Below are positions 13,191 through 27,974 of a stretch of DNA of 64,000 nt, one piece after another; within the stretch, counting starts at the first letter, position 1; the number at the start of each line of letters is the position of its first letter. The stretch spans positions 151,528,001 through 151,592,000 of the forward strand of contig OZ024741.1 of assembly GCA_964016885.1 (NCBI GenBank), written 5' to 3'. The notes under the pieces are model-generated. The model saw only the letters and a list, made by a program, of their open reading frames with translations. It was not told the DNA's origin and ran no database searches. This DNA is from Eledone cirrhosa (taxonomy: Eukaryota). A program made the position numbers and the translations under genes.

Positions 13191-13751
13191 TCATACACAC
13201 ACAGAGATACGCACATGTACACATATATATATATATATATGTATTAATATATACATATATATATACATATGTGTGTATGTGTTTGTGTGTGTGACTAGGA
13301 GGATATCACTTAGTCTGAGGTACACAAGCATAACCCATTGATCTCTTGCTTTCTCCGCCCATATCTCTCCTCCCTTTCTTTCTCCCTTCCTCTCTCTCTC
13401 TCTCTCTCTCTCTCTTTATATACATACATATATATATCAGTATATATATGGAGATGTACTAAGATATATTATCGATGGCTTCTTTAGTTATCACACAAAG
13501 AACAGATCCTAGCACTATTAGATTTCCTTCTCTTCCACCGCATGGAAGTGAATTTAATTCACTTTTTCTTGAGGTTATTTATGAGCTTAAAATATTGGCA
13601 GCCTTATGTTTGAATAGACACGGGAGAATATAGCACACCGTCTAATTTCTCTATAAAATGGATTACTTGTTCAAATACATCATACTCGGAATCTGACTAA
13701 TCTCTCTGTTATATCAAGAGAACTCGGCTTGTAACGATATACACTATTATA

Positions 13752-13785
<34 letters not shown>

Positions 13786-13817
13786 TGTGACTGTGTGTAT
13801 GCGTCTATGTGGAAATT

Positions 13818-14010
13818 TACGTTGTTTATTAGTTAGAGTGTTGGTCTCACGTTGTTTAGTGGTTAGGGTATAAGTCTCACGTTGTTTAGTGGTTAGGGTG
13901 TTAGTCTCACGTTGTTTAATAGTTAGGGTGTTAGTCTCACGTTGTTTAGTAGTTAGGGTGTTAGTCTCACGTTGGTTAGTAGCTAGAGTGTTAGTCTCAC
14001 GTTGTGTAGT
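13818..14010 (+). repeat. 30-bp minisatellite, 6-7 copies, containing TTAGGG
   Basis: Unit CACGTTGTTTAGTAGTTAGGGTGTTAGTCT. Confidence 0.9.
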
Positions 14011-14095
14011 GGGTAGGAGGGGGGTTCGTTTCACGCTCTCGAGCAGTTGGTTGTATACTTGAGCATGACAGTTTATTTTATGTTTCTCCAGTTCA

Positions 14096-14161
<66 letters not shown>

Positions 14162-14322
14162 AGGGGGTGTGAGTATGTATATATATATATTAAAATAAAT
14201 ATTTGCTCTACGGTTCTTATATATTTGATATATATTTATCCTTATCGAGCCTTCTTTGGATTTTAGTCTTCAAATTTATTATTATTACTGTATATATATA
14301 TATATGTGTGTGTATATATATT

Positions 14323-14353
<31 letters not shown>

Positions 14354-15896
14354 GTACTGCGTATATATATACTTGTGTGTATATATATATAAATATATAT
14401 ATATATAAGTGCGTGGGTGAATACTTGACTTTAAAAAATGAACACTAGTGTCGATATGATCCAATAAATCCTTCAAATGTATGCCCCAACATGGTCGCAG
14501 TCTAATGATTGGAACCAGTAGAAAAAAGTGAAGGAAAGAAAAAGGTTTAAGCAATTCATTTCAAAAGATGTCTGGTTAGAATTAAAATAAATGTTAAAAG
14601 ACAGCGAACAAAATTACAACAGCAGTAATATGAATTTAGGTCACAACAGACAAAATAGCAACATTGGTAATAGGCTTGAAGGATACAACGGACAAAATAG
14701 CAACAACAGCGATAATAAGCCTGAAAGATACAACAAACCAAATAGCAACAACAATAATAAAAGCCACTTAAAACCAGGAGTTTTATAAAATTTGGATGTG
14801 ATTCTTATTGTACAACAAATAATCTATTTCAGGGTAGCGGTTTCTGCCAAACAATCAAATCAATGTTTTATTTTTAAATTCAAAGCTCAATATTAGTTAG
14901 CTGTCTCAATGGCTAGCTGGCAGAAACATTAGCGGACGTGACTAAATATTGCACAGAATATACAAATATATCATACGAACTATGAGAGAATGAGAAAGGC
15001 GTGTAGTAGAGGTATAGTTAGTGTTCCGACGGCTCTTTGCCTTCTGATTTCAAATCCAGCAATGGTCTATTTGGTTTAACTCCCTTTCATAGCTTTTAGG
15101 TCCCTGCAACGAACTCTATTCTGTTTGATGTATCCAGGCCAGGTTTTCAGTTTTAAAAATATCTCCCTTCTTAACTCAGACAAGTCTCGGGGATGGAAAC
15201 ATTATATCAACAGGAGACCCTTCAAACCAGAGAGAAACCTCGGCCAACAAAAAAGCCCTATGGTTTTATATATAGTCAAGGGTTTTAAATAGCGGTCAAA
15301 TTTTCTTCTCATCACAATCTATCACCTTTAAATAAAAGAATAAATGCTTGGATAATGCATAATTTTTCTCTCATCATAATAATCATAATCCATATTAATT
15401 TACAATTTTAGTTTAATGTACTCACATTTTATAATGTATAACTTTTGTATAAATTAGTTATGGCTGGAACGCATTTAAACTGTTTGATCAGTGAAGTCTG
15501 TCATAGGACAGACCACCACCACCAACATAAACAACAACACAAACACCACCATCACCAGTACCAACCCGCCACGGCCACAACCAACACAACCGTCACATAT
15601 ACCACCAATAACACCATCACCAGCAGCGCCACCACCAACAACAGCAGAAAGAGCACCTCCATGACCACCACCACCACCAACACCATCACCAACACCTCCA
15701 ATACCACCAGCTCCAACACCAATAATAACAACGGCATATAAAAGAATAAAACAGTAGTAATTATGTAGACCATCTGACAGACCACTGTGTATGTAGACAA
15801 CAGTAAAGAAAACAAAAGAGCGATTGAGTTAACTTAACAAAACTTGCTGCTATTTCCACAATTGTTGCACATATTCTCTCTTTTTCTCTGAAGGAA

Positions 15897-16088
15897 ATAA
15901 TTGTTTCTACTTTTGGCACAAGACCAGCAATTATCCCAGTGCATTACTGGTACTTTGTTTTATCGACCTCGTAAGGATGAAAGGTAAAGTTAACCTCGGC
16001 GGGATTTGAACCCAGAGCGTAAAAGGCCGTGACTCCATGCTGCAAAGCATGGTGTTCGACTCTTTACTGATACTGCCAATCCACCGCC
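15897..16088 (-). mobile_element. SINE family A with TSD
   Basis: Flanking duplication CTCTGAAGGAAATAAT at ~15886 and ~16089. Confidence 0.85.
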
Positions 16089-16629
16089 CTCTGAAGGAAA
16101 TAATTACAATTCTCAGATATTTTCTACCACAAAAAATTATCACTAAATGAATCATTTCTGTCTATGATCGTTTTCGATGGCCCTCTGTAGATTTCGACAA
16201 TGAGTGCCCCGGAACAGCCTGTTTATAGAAATAAGTGGCTGGGAGCAACGCTGGTTCTTTGAATTAAAGATACAACATATTTTTGTCAGCTGGGTGGACC
16301 GGAGTAACGTGGAATAAGGTATCACTCTCAGAGGCACAAGGTGCTGCCAGGTATCTTACTCACAATCTTACGTTCATGAGCCAAACAACCGAACCTCTAA
16401 ACTATGCGCTTTCATACTGCGTAAAGTAATGACAATACAATAAAACTTACAGCATGAAAACATAACACTAAAAGCATTCAACACACACAGGCATGCAATC
16501 GGTAATGAAGTAAGTACACTTAATAAAAAAAAAAAGAATTATTATAAAGATATGTGAAAGAATAAAGTAATTTTAATGGCCGAATGAAATATAATGATAA
16601 TGGTGATCATAACGGTAGTGATTGTGATG

Positions 16630-17820
16630 GTTGTAGTGATAAAGGAGGTGGTGGTAGTGGTTGTGGTGGTGGTTGTGATGGTGATGGCAGTCGTGGTGAT
16701 AGTAATAGTGGTGGTAGTGATGGTGATGGTTGTGGTGGTGGTTGTGATGGTGATGGTAGTCCTGGTGAAAGTAATAGTGGTGGTAGCGGTGGTGATGGTT
16801 GTGGTGGTGGTTGTGATGGTGATGGTAGTCGTGGTGATAGTAATAGTGGTGGTAGTGGTGGTGATGGTTGTGGTGGTGGTTGTGATGGTGATGGTAGTCG
16901 TGGGGATAGTAATAGTGGTGGTAGTGGTGGTGATGGTTGTGGTAGTGGTTGTGATGGTGATGGTAGTCGTGGTGATAGTAATAGTGGTGGTAGTGGTGGT
17001 GATGGTTGTGGTGGTGGTTGTGATGGTGATGGTAGTCGTGGTGATAGTAATAGTGGTGGTAGTGGTGGTGATGGTTGTGGTGGTGGTTGTGATGGTGATG
17101 GTAGTCGTGGTGATAGTAATAGTGGTGGTAGTGGTGGTGATGGTTGTGGTGGTGGTTGTGATGGTGATGGTAGTCGTGGTGATAGTAATAGTGGTGGTAG
17201 TGGTGGTGATGGTTGTGGTGGTGGTAGTGATGGTGATGGTAGTCGTGGTGATAGTAATAGTGGTGGTAGTGGTGGTAGTGGTTGTGGTGGTGGTTGTGTT
17301 GGTGATGGTAGTCGTGGGGATAGTAATAGTGGTGGTAGTGGTGGTGATGGTTGTGGTGGTGGTTGTGATGGTGATGGTAGTCGTGGTGATAGTAATAGTG
17401 GTGGTAGTGGTGGTGATGGTTGTGGTGGTGGTTGTGATGGTGATGGTAGTCGTGGTGATAGTAATAGTGGTGGTAGTGGTGGTGATGGTTGTGGTGGTGG
17501 TTGTGATGGTGATGGCAGTCGTGGGGATAGTAATAGTGGTGGTAGTGGTGGTGATGGTTGTGGTGGTGGTTGTGATGGTGATGGTAGTCGTGGTGTGGTG
17601 ATAGTAATAGTGGTGGTAGTGGTGGTGATGGTTGTGGTGGTGGTTGTGATGGTGATGGTAGTTGTGGTGATAGTAATAGTGGTGGTGGTGGTGGTGATGG
17701 TTGTGGTGGTGGTTGTGATGGTGATGGTAGTTGTGGTGGTGGTGGTGATGGTTGTGGTGGTGGTTGTGATGGTGATGGTAGTCGTGGTGATAGTACTAGT
17801 GGTGGTGGTGGTGGTGGTGG
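16630..17820. repeat. 69-bp minisatellite built from GGT/GAT/AGT triplets (~14 well-conserved units plus degenerate ends)
   Basis: The unit translates as GGGCDGDGSRGDSNSGGSGGDGC. Several frames stay open because of the triplet composition. Confidence 0.9.
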
Positions 17821-18089
17821 TTTGAGCGGCGGTAGTGGTCGCGTTTAAGATGGAGATGACGATGGTGATGTTAATCGTGGTTTTGTTGGCGTTTGTGGTC
17901 ATGTCTATACTGGTGGTGGTGATGAGGATTGTGGTACTTGAGGTAATGGTTGTGTTAGTGATCACATTTGTGTTTGTGTCTGGTGGGAGTGGTAATGTTG
18001 GTATTGGTGGTCATGTATCTGGGGAGGGTGGTGCTGGGGATAAGGATGATGTTAATGGTAGTAGCGGGATGATAGTACTGTTGATGAAG

Positions 18090-19030
18090 ATAATTGTTTC
18101 TACTTTTTGGCACAAGGCCAGCAATTACCCAGTGCATTACTGGTACTTCATTTTATCGACCCCCGTAAGGATGAAAGGCAAAGTTAACCTCGGCGGGATT
18201 TGAACTCAGAATGGCAAAGGCCGTAACTCTATGCGTCAAAGCATGGCGTCCGACCATGAAGATAATAGCAGATTGGCAGAGTTGACAAAGCATCGGACAA
18301 ATGTTTAGCCATATTTATTCTAGCTTTTCTTAGTTCAAATCTCTTTCATCCTTACGGGATCAATAAAGTTAAATACCAGTAACGCACTGGGGTCGATTTA
18401 ATCGATTTTTCCCTGTCCACAGATTGTTGGCTTTGTGCCTAAATCAGAAACCATTGGCAGTATCGGTAGAGGGTCAAACGCCATGCCTTGACGTTATGAG
18501 TTACGGCCCTTGCCATTCTGAGTTCAAATCCCGCCGAGGTTAACTTTGCCTTTCATCCTTACGGGGTCGATAAAATAAAGTACCAGTAATGCACTGGGTA
18601 ATTGCTGGCCTTGTGCCAAAAGTAGAAACAATTATTGTTGTTATTAAGGGCGGTTGATTGGCAGAATCGGCGGAAGGTTTGACAACATGCTTTTTGGCAC
18701 AGATTTATGACCCTTTACGTTCTATCGAAGATAGCTTTGCTTTTCATCCTTACGATAAAATAAAATACCAATAATGCACTGGGGTCGATTTAATTGACTT
18801 TCTCCTCCCCTTGAAATTGCTGGCCTTGTGACTAAAGTAGAAACAATTATTATTATTATTATTTAGGGTCGGACGCCATGATTTGCTGCATAGAGTTACG
18901 ACCCTTTATGGTCTGAGTTCAAATCACACCGAGGTTAACTTTGCCTTTCATCCTTACGGGGTCGATAAAATAAAGTACCAGTAATGCACTAGGGGTATTT
19001 GCTGGCCTTGTGCCAAAAGTAGAAACAATT
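18090..19030. mobile_element. Cluster of five SINE family A copies (one minus, four plus, tandem)
   Basis: Copies at ~18090-18255 (-, TSD ATGAAGATAAT), ~18270-18450, 18455-18635, 18648-18850 and 18866-19030. Confidence 0.8.
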
Positions 19031-19326
19031 ATTTAAATAACATCAATTGTACGGTTGAGAAAAAGGGCAAATGGATTAACGTTCTCTTTTGTTCTGATCA
19101 AACAATAACAACATCAACATCATATAAAAGCAATATCAAACTTCAACAACAAAAACCACAACCAAAACCGCAGCATTAAAAGAAAACCGAGATAAGGACG
19201 ATGGGAATGGTAGAGATTGTGATGAGGACGAAGATGATAATGGGGATAAAGGAGCTTCAATTCTTTGGCGACGGATAATAATGAGAAATTGTACACGAAC
19301 AATAACCTTGTGCTAATATCATAAAA

Positions 19327-19363
<37 letters not shown>

Positions 19364-19404
19364 TTAAAACAACGAAATAAAAATTCAAGTCATTGGAAAT
19401 ATAC

Positions 19405-19543
19405 TTCACTGCTTTACAATCGTTTCTAGGTGATAATAATACATCGTACGCATATTTCATTATCGATCTATGTAGGGTTAGTTACAAAATATCAAATAAG
19501 GAATATACGTGTATATCATCAGCCGTTGTCAAAAGCAAATGAA
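19405..19543 (-). ncRNA. Hammerhead motif with U3-A8 variant core and long stem II
   Basis: Minus strand: ttcatttgctt-UUGACAA-cgg.tgatgata...tattatca.cc.ta-GAAA-CGAUUG-UA-aagcagtgaa. The core is eroded in the mirror copy at 22481-22619. Confidence 0.55.
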
Positions 19544-19935
19544 AATTTTATTCAAAATCAATAGTAAATTGAGTTCTATGACCTTATTTGGAGGTAGCTG
19601 AAGAACAAACCAATCAAATAGTTTTTTGCCATATGACCCTTTGAAAGGAATGGTTGAATGGTGTGAAAAATAGAATTACTATAAAGAACCTATGAAGAAA
19701 AGGAATTGTTATATTTATAGTGGAATGTAGATGGTGCAGTGAAGTTTAAAAAGGAATGTAAAAATTAAATGTTGAGTTGTGTTGTATGGAATTTTTAGGT
19801 GAATATAAATAAGTAAATATAAAATATACAGAGATAACTTGGATAAATATAGATAGGTAAACTAATAGTCATAACTAGGAAGGATAGTATATTAAAAGAT
19901 GAAAATTATAATAATATAATAAAATATAATAATAT

Positions 19936-20126
19936 AATAATTGTTTCTACTTTAGGCACAAGGCCAGCAATTACCCAGTGCATTACTGGTACTTTATTTT
20001 ATCGACCACGTAAGGATAACAGGAAAAGTCAACCTCGGCGGAATTTGAACTCAGATCGTAAAGGGACGTAACTATGCTGGAAAGCATGCGGTCCGACCCT
20101 CCACCGATACTGCCAATCCACCGCCC
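19936..20126 (-). mobile_element. SINE family A inserted in one arm of an inverted duplication
   Basis: Full copy in an (ATA/TAATA)n tract; absent at the mirrored site (~22020-22075). Confidence 0.85.
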
Positions 20127-20449
20127 TTATATAATAATATAATAATATAATAATATAATATAATGTAATATAATATAGTACAGTATGGTACATTGTATAT
20201 AGTATAATATAGCGTATGATGCATCATAAAATATAAAATAGTAAATATTTTCAAATGGGTCTGGTCTATGTATAAGTAATCAAACTGAAATACATGCATG
20301 TTGACATATAGTCAAAACGCATAATTTTCTTAGATCACAAAAGTACATATATTCAAATGTATAGATAGAGGTATAATTACATTGATACTCCATTAAAAAC
20401 ATACATACGCATACATAGATATAAACATATATATATACATACATACACG

Positions 20450-20500
<51 letters not shown>

Positions 20501-21214
20501 TTATACATACATATATACATGTACACACATATACATGTACAAACACATATACACGCACATATATATACAAATATATATATATTCTCTTATACATACATAG
20601 ATACATGTATACCCATACAATTACAGATGGTTATGTACCTTGATGTCCTTAGTCAGTAACGCATGAATCGATGGAAGCTAAAAAATTAAAAGGTTAAAAA
20701 ATAAAATAATAAACAGGAAGGCGTATAATTAGGGAAAGGGGATACTAACAAATGGTACGTCACATAGAACTATAGTTAGTTGCTATTTAGAATGTTTAAT
20801 TAGGTTTCTAGTACTTAAATGTTTTTCCTATACGGTGATTACAAGCTATAATCAGTTCCTGTCTTTTATTCAATAAATCGTCCTTAGATTTAGTAATTTC
20901 CAAGATCTCCCCGGAACATAATCTTCATTCTCTCCTGTTCCCAAGATATGGAGTTCTTTGCAGAATGGTATCCCACGATAGCTTGAAATCTATTTTTTTC
21001 TTTTTATAGTTATTTATTGCTTCAGCTAAAGATGTGGTGTTAGCTAGTTTAGTATTGTTAACGCTACTGGTGTGTGCGTAATAACTTTTTTTAAATGTGT
21101 TCGATGTAGATCCTATATATGATTTTTTGGAGTCAGTAGTAGACACAGTGCATTTATATATTACATTATTAATCAAACAGTTGCCATTTAAGGAGCAAAC
21201 GTTTGTATGTATAA

Positions 21215-21258
<44 letters not shown>

Positions 21259-21277
21259 ATGATTGTGTATAGAAGAT

Positions 21278-21744
<467 letters not shown>

Positions 21745-22796
21745 TTGTGTGCGTGTATGTATGTATATATATATGTGTATATCTATGTATGCGTATGTAT
21801 GTTTTTAATGGAGTATCAATGTAATTATACCTCTATCTATATATGTGAATATATGTACTTTTCTAAGAAAATTATGCGTTTTGACTATATGTCAACATTC
21901 ATGTATCTGAGTTTGATTACTTATACATAGACCCACTTGAAAATATTTACTATTTTATATTTTATGATGCATCATACGCTATATTATAGTATATACAATG
22001 TACCATACTGTACTATATTATATTATATTATATTATATTATATTATTATATTATTATATTTTATTATATTATTATAATTTTCATCTTTTAATATACTATC
22101 CTTCCTAGTTATTACCATTACTTTACCTATCTATATTTATCCAAGTTATCTCTGTATATTTTATATTTACTTATTTATATTCACCTAAAAATTCCATACA
22201 ACACAACTCAACATTTAATTTTTACATTCCTTTTTAAACTTCACTCCACCATCTACATTCCACTATCAATACAACAATCCCTTTTCTTCATAGGTTCTTT
22301 ATAGTTATAGTAATTCTATTTTTAACACCATTCAACCATTCCTTTCAAAGAGTCATGACCTAAAGTGAGTTATATTTCATCTTGACATCATATGGCAAGA
22401 AACCATTTCATTGGTTTGTTCTTCAGCTACCTCCAAATAAGGTCATAGAACTCAATTTACTATTGATTTTGAATAACATTTTCATTGCTTTTAATGATGA
22501 TATACACGTAGGTAAATATATTCCTTATTTGATATTTTGTAACTAACCCTACATAGATCGATAACGAAATATGCGTACGATGTATTATCATCACCTAGAA
22601 AAGATCGTAAAGCAATGAAGTATATTTCTAATGACTTGAATTTTTATTTCATTGTTTTAACTTATATCATGACTCTGTTTTCCTTTTGATGTTTTATTGT
22701 TTTCCGGGATTTATTTTAACCTAAAACATTTTCAACATGTGGATTACATTGAGTTCTTCATGCAGACTAGACCCCACAACTAACCGTGAATATTTC

Positions 22797-22861
<65 letters not shown>

Positions 22862-23046
22862 ATGTATATGTGTGTACGTATATATGTATATATATATATA
22901 TATAAATATATATACATATATAAATATATACATAACTTTATATTATCACAAGGTTATTGTTCGTGTTCAATTTGTCGTTATTATCTCTGTCCCCAGAGAA
23001 TTGAAATTTCCTTATCCTCATTATCCTATATATATATATATATATG

Positions 23047-23215
<169 letters not shown>

Positions 23216-23265
23216 CTTTCAATAATGACCTTTGCTCTTTCACACTCACTCAATGTATGTATATA

Positions 23266-23314
<49 letters not shown>

Positions 23315-23636
23315 CATATATATATATATGTGTGTGAGTGTGAGTGTGAGTGTGTGTGTGTATTTGAGTGTGTGTGTGTGTATATCTATATATCTATCTA
23401 TCTATATATAGATACTTGTATGTATTGTGTTCGGATAAGATTGTTTTGGTAAAAACAGGAGTAAGCAGGAGAAAGCTCTCAACAATCATTGTTTTAGTTA
23501 CGATGGAGAATTTTATAAAAACAACAAAATAAGATGCTGAGGTTACATATATCGTTTAATCATAATAATTATTTCCACGGTTCTCCATGGGCGCACAGGC
23601 ATTAGGATGTGTGTTTTCCTGCCAGCGACATTTCAA

Positions 23637-23747
23637 ATATATCGATTCATCTGAGGAAACCGTTCTCATAATCAACAGCAAATGCATGAAGGGCATCTCG
23701 ATTGCATGGAGAAATGTGGAAATAATTATTATGATTAAACGATATAT
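23637..23747 (+). ncRNA. Type I hammerhead motif inside a fold-back (23523-23771)
   Basis: atatatcg..tcat-CUGAGGA-...ttctc...gagaa..-GAAA-UAAUUA-UU-atga..cgatatat. Partial copy at 29462-29550. Confidence 0.6.
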
Positions 23748-24043
23748 GTAACCTCAGCATCTTATTTTGTTAATTTTATTTTATTCTTTGCTCAAACTTT
23801 AATCTGTTATTTTAATAAATATATATATACAGGTCAGTCAAAAATATTTCCTGAGTTCGGTTTTCTTCGTCGCTATGGTCACTGCGGCCCCTCTATCGGT
23901 CGCTGTATTTGATTTGCAAAGCTGTCTAAACGTAATGTTATAAGTCTTGGGTAATATTCCCTATTGAGTGCTTAGCTGTACACCGAAACTGCATTCGTTT
24001 GCTTGGTTGCAACCTAAAGCTTCGTTGATGATGTGCTAAAATT

Positions 24044-24197
<154 letters not shown>

Positions 24198-24504
24198 TAT
24201 ATTTATACACATATATATATATATATGTCTGTGTGTGGTGTGTGTGTGTCTGTGTCCGTGTATGTCTCTTTGTATTTATCATTGCTGTGGCTACACAGGA
24301 TGGTCAGATACACCTGGTCGATTTATTCAGGGTGCCACAGTTTCTTAACTTTGTGTTTACTCTGGGAGAAAAATGTATTAAATTTTCGCGCGCTTTGTGC
24401 CTCCCTCGAACAATTCGGTTCGTATCTGCTCCACCGCGGAGACAACTTCGATAACTATACCATATATATAGAGAGAGAAAGTAAACAACCCAATATAATT
24501 ACTA

Positions 24505-24566
24505 CATTACCAAAGGTTTCAGGACCCTAGACAATATTAACATACGTCTAGTTCGCTCATCAGATG
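24505..24566 (-). ncRNA. Type I hammerhead motif
   Basis: Minus strand cat-CUGAUGA-g..ctagac...gtctag..-GAAA-CC(uuu)GG-UA-atg. Stem I is short. Confidence 0.5.
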
Positions 24567-24715
24567 AAAAGATATGAAATGAAAATAAAATTCTATTAAT
24601 ATTGAAAGTCAGGCTGGAAAATATAACGGAATATATACATAAGAAAAATATATATAAAAATTATAAAAATTAGGTAGCTCTGTATTATACATAGAGCATT
24701 CATTCGGAAATACTT

Positions 24716-24767
<52 letters not shown>

Positions 24768-24769
<2 letters not shown>

Positions 24770-25198
24770 ACCAAAGTTTAATATAGTTCATTGATTACTC
24801 AATGAATACAGTCAGTTTTACAATAGATTAAAAGCACTCAACCAAAAAGGTTTTCCTGGAGTTTTTAATATTATTCAAAATATTAACGAATGAAGATATT
24901 CACATTACCAAAATATATGCTTTATTATATATATTTAGAAGATACTGTGTTATTTTTCAGTACGTCCTCGTCAGATAAAATATATGATTTGATATATGAC
25001 ATACCTCTACGGTCTTGATAGTTCAATTCCAGTATTGGACTGCCAATACGGACCGTAGAGGTATGTCATATATAAAATCATATATTTTATCTGACGATGA
25101 CGTACTGAGAAAGCAACACAGTACCTTCGAAATATATATAATAAAGCATATATTTTGATTATGTGAATATCTTCATTTGTTAATATTTTGAATAATAT
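24768..25198. mobile_element. Fold-back mini-element (arms 24868-25014 and 25051-25198, plus tail)
   Basis: Imperfect inverted arms between (TA)n tracts, with an HHR in each arm. Confidence 0.8.
25081..25152 (+). ncRNA. Type I hammerhead ribozyme (mutated mirror at ~24914-24985)
   Basis: tttat-CUGACGA-..gtactg...cagtac..-GAAA-UAUAUA-UA-ataaa. Confidence 0.65.
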
Positions 25199-25653
25199 AT
25201 ATATATATATAAAAGAAATAAGATTTCGCGTAAAGCATAGCTTTATATAATTTGTATAAATATTTCGTATCTCCAAAGAAATACGGTTTTAGGAAGCCGT
25301 AGCTATGCAAACACCTGGGGACTAACGCCCTCTGGTGATGTCCAGCAGAAACAAAGGGGACAACGGTCTATGCATTTCAGGATTAACTGGCCATCGACAG
25401 GACGGTCCCTCCCACCGCTTGCGACAGGTGGACTAGAAGACAAGCGAGAATATATAGTTTTCTCGTCTGGGTAAATGAGGTGATTAATCTCATTTGCATA
25501 TGAAGCTGCATAAGTTGGCTCAACTTATAATAAAAAAGAAATAGGATTTCGCTTCAGGCATAGCTTTATACAATTTGTATAAATATTTCGTATCTCCAAA
25601 GAAATACGGTTTTAGGAAGCCGTAGCTATCTATGCAAACGCACTCTGGTAATG

Positions 25654-25739
<86 letters not shown>

Positions 25740-25743
<4 letters not shown>

Positions 25744-26316
25744 GTAGAACACTGGAAGGTAATATCCGTAGTGGTAGAGCACTCAGTCCATGCGACGCGT
25801 TAGGTAGAAGTGGTTACACAACAGTTAGTTCACCATACCGAGAACAATTGTTTCACCTAAGCGGATCCTCAGCTCGTAATGGACATGGTTATACGGAACA
25901 GGAAGGACAACCGTACGAACGCGCATGCGCAGAAACTATCAGTTCATACAGGCAATACTAAATTGCGTGCGAGAGGTGTAAGGGAGATAGCTGCAAAAGT
26001 CGGAAAGTTTCTAGTTGATAAGAAATTTAGGATGTTGTTGTAATTAAATCGGGAGCTTTGTAGTTATGTAAGAGGTGTTTCCAGACGTGTGGACAACGTG
26101 TGAAAATTCATTTCTCGTGTTTAGGCAATCATTATTGAGTAATCTCTTTAGAATATTTATTCATTCATCAATACATAGTCCACACAACGGATTGCCCCTT
26201 GCGTTTGGCTTGGACTTAGTGATGGCTTTCCATTGAATGGAGTAGTCTATACTTGAGTCCTTGAGGGACCATACGTGGCTCGCGAGTTCCCTGGATGAAC
26301 GTCTGTCCGGGTACCT

Positions 26317-26320
<4 letters not shown>
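25740..26320 (-). mobile_element. 3' fragment of a Poseidon/Penelope-type PLE (same family as 44872-46698) with HHR at 25832-25889
   Basis: Matches 46140-46695 in reverse. Minus strand cgag-CUGAGGA-tcc..ggt-GAAA-CAAUUG-UU-ctcg. Confidence 0.8.
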
Positions 26321-26354
<34 letters not shown>

Positions 26355-26358
<4 letters not shown>

Positions 26359-26470
26359 AACGAGTAGGACCCCGACGGCTGAGCTCAAGCCGTTTCGACA
26401 GCTAATTCCGGACTCAGAATTAGCCGTCGAAACGTTTTGAGCTCAACCGTTGGATTCCTACTCGTTCCTA
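26355..26470. repeat. Short fold-back of an HHR 3' half (family also at 47146-47283, 47757-47790, 61091-61295 and 62589-62794)
   Basis: Mirrored arms containing GAATTAGCCGTC-GAAA-CGGCT(TGAGCTC)AGCCG-TC-GGGGTC. Confidence 0.8.
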
Positions 26471-27272
26471 TATATATATATATACAATTCATCACAACAG
26501 CGATATAAACAGGTACTTAGGTTTCGTTGGGTTCTGGACCCCAACTCATTCAGCCTGTCATAAGAAAAAGAAACCTTCCTTATGCGAGTTAATTCTGACT
26601 ACACAGAGCAGCTATCATATTTGTGACCCTACGAACACGACATTCGCATACGGCTAAAACGAGTCAACTGGCAATTACTCATAATTCCATCAGCTACTCT
26701 CATAACTCTTAAAGGGGCCTCACCGTCTACTACGGTTAAGATGTCTATATGCTCTCAATCTGTTGAGGGCGGGGGATTAGCAGAATCGTTAGAGTGTAGG
26801 AGAAAATGTTTGGCGTTATATATTCCGGCTCATTACGACCTCACATCAAATCCTGCCAAGGTCTACATTGTGAATTCAGCCTTACGGGTTGGATACAATG
26901 TAGCACCAGTAATACATTGTGGTTGCTTTAATCGACTTGCCGCTCCTCCTAAAATTACTGGCCGTGCGCCTATAGTAGTGTATAGTGTAGAAAAATATAT
27001 ATATATACCTGCGTGTGTGTAGGCGCACACACGTGTGGCGTGTGTGTGTGAGGATTTGCGTAATTTTGTGTGCCTTTGTATAATGTAAAAAAGTAGATGA
27101 GTGTATACGTGTGTGTTTGCGGTGCGTGTACGTATGTGTGTACGAATGAGTGCAATTGTGTGTGTGAACATTTAAAGAGAAATTTGTATTTTCTAGAATG
27201 ACATAAGGCACATACATATTCACAAAAAAACCCACACACACAAGCATAAACAAGTGCATGCATACATACAGT

Positions 27273-27362
<90 letters not shown>

Positions 27363-27782
27363 GACGCACACACACATACACTTAAGAGAAATAATGAATA
27401 TTACAAAGTTCAATTAGTTCAATTGTTGCCGCAATGTAATTTGTTTACAAATTCTTTCTATCCATTAACTGTCTACATTCAACAAACATCTACACACAAA
27501 CAAACACACACACACATACACATACACACACACACACATACACACACACACATGCGCACACACAAGCACAGCATCAAATACATGTACATATATATATACA
27601 CATATATATATATACATATATATATATGTGTGTATATATATACATATATATATATATATAGTAATGTAGACATACATGCGTATATATGTGTGTGTGTGTG
27701 TGTATATATATATACACACCTACATATATGTATATATATATATATATACATATATACATACACATATATATGTCTACATTTC

Positions 27783-27831
<49 letters not shown>

Positions 27832-27891
27832 CTATATGTATGTATATATATTTATACATACATGTATATATATCTATATATATAGTTGTAC

Positions 27892-27974
<83 letters not shown>

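Larger units (their letters stand above)
19359..21205 (-). mobile_element. 5'-truncated Penelope/Poseidon-type PLE (GIY-YIG end plus long 3' UTR)
   Basis: Minus strand CSLNGNCLINNVIYKCTVST...SYIGSTSNTFKKSYYAH (GIY-YIG). The 3' UTR is mirrored at ~21700-22665. Confidence 0.75.
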
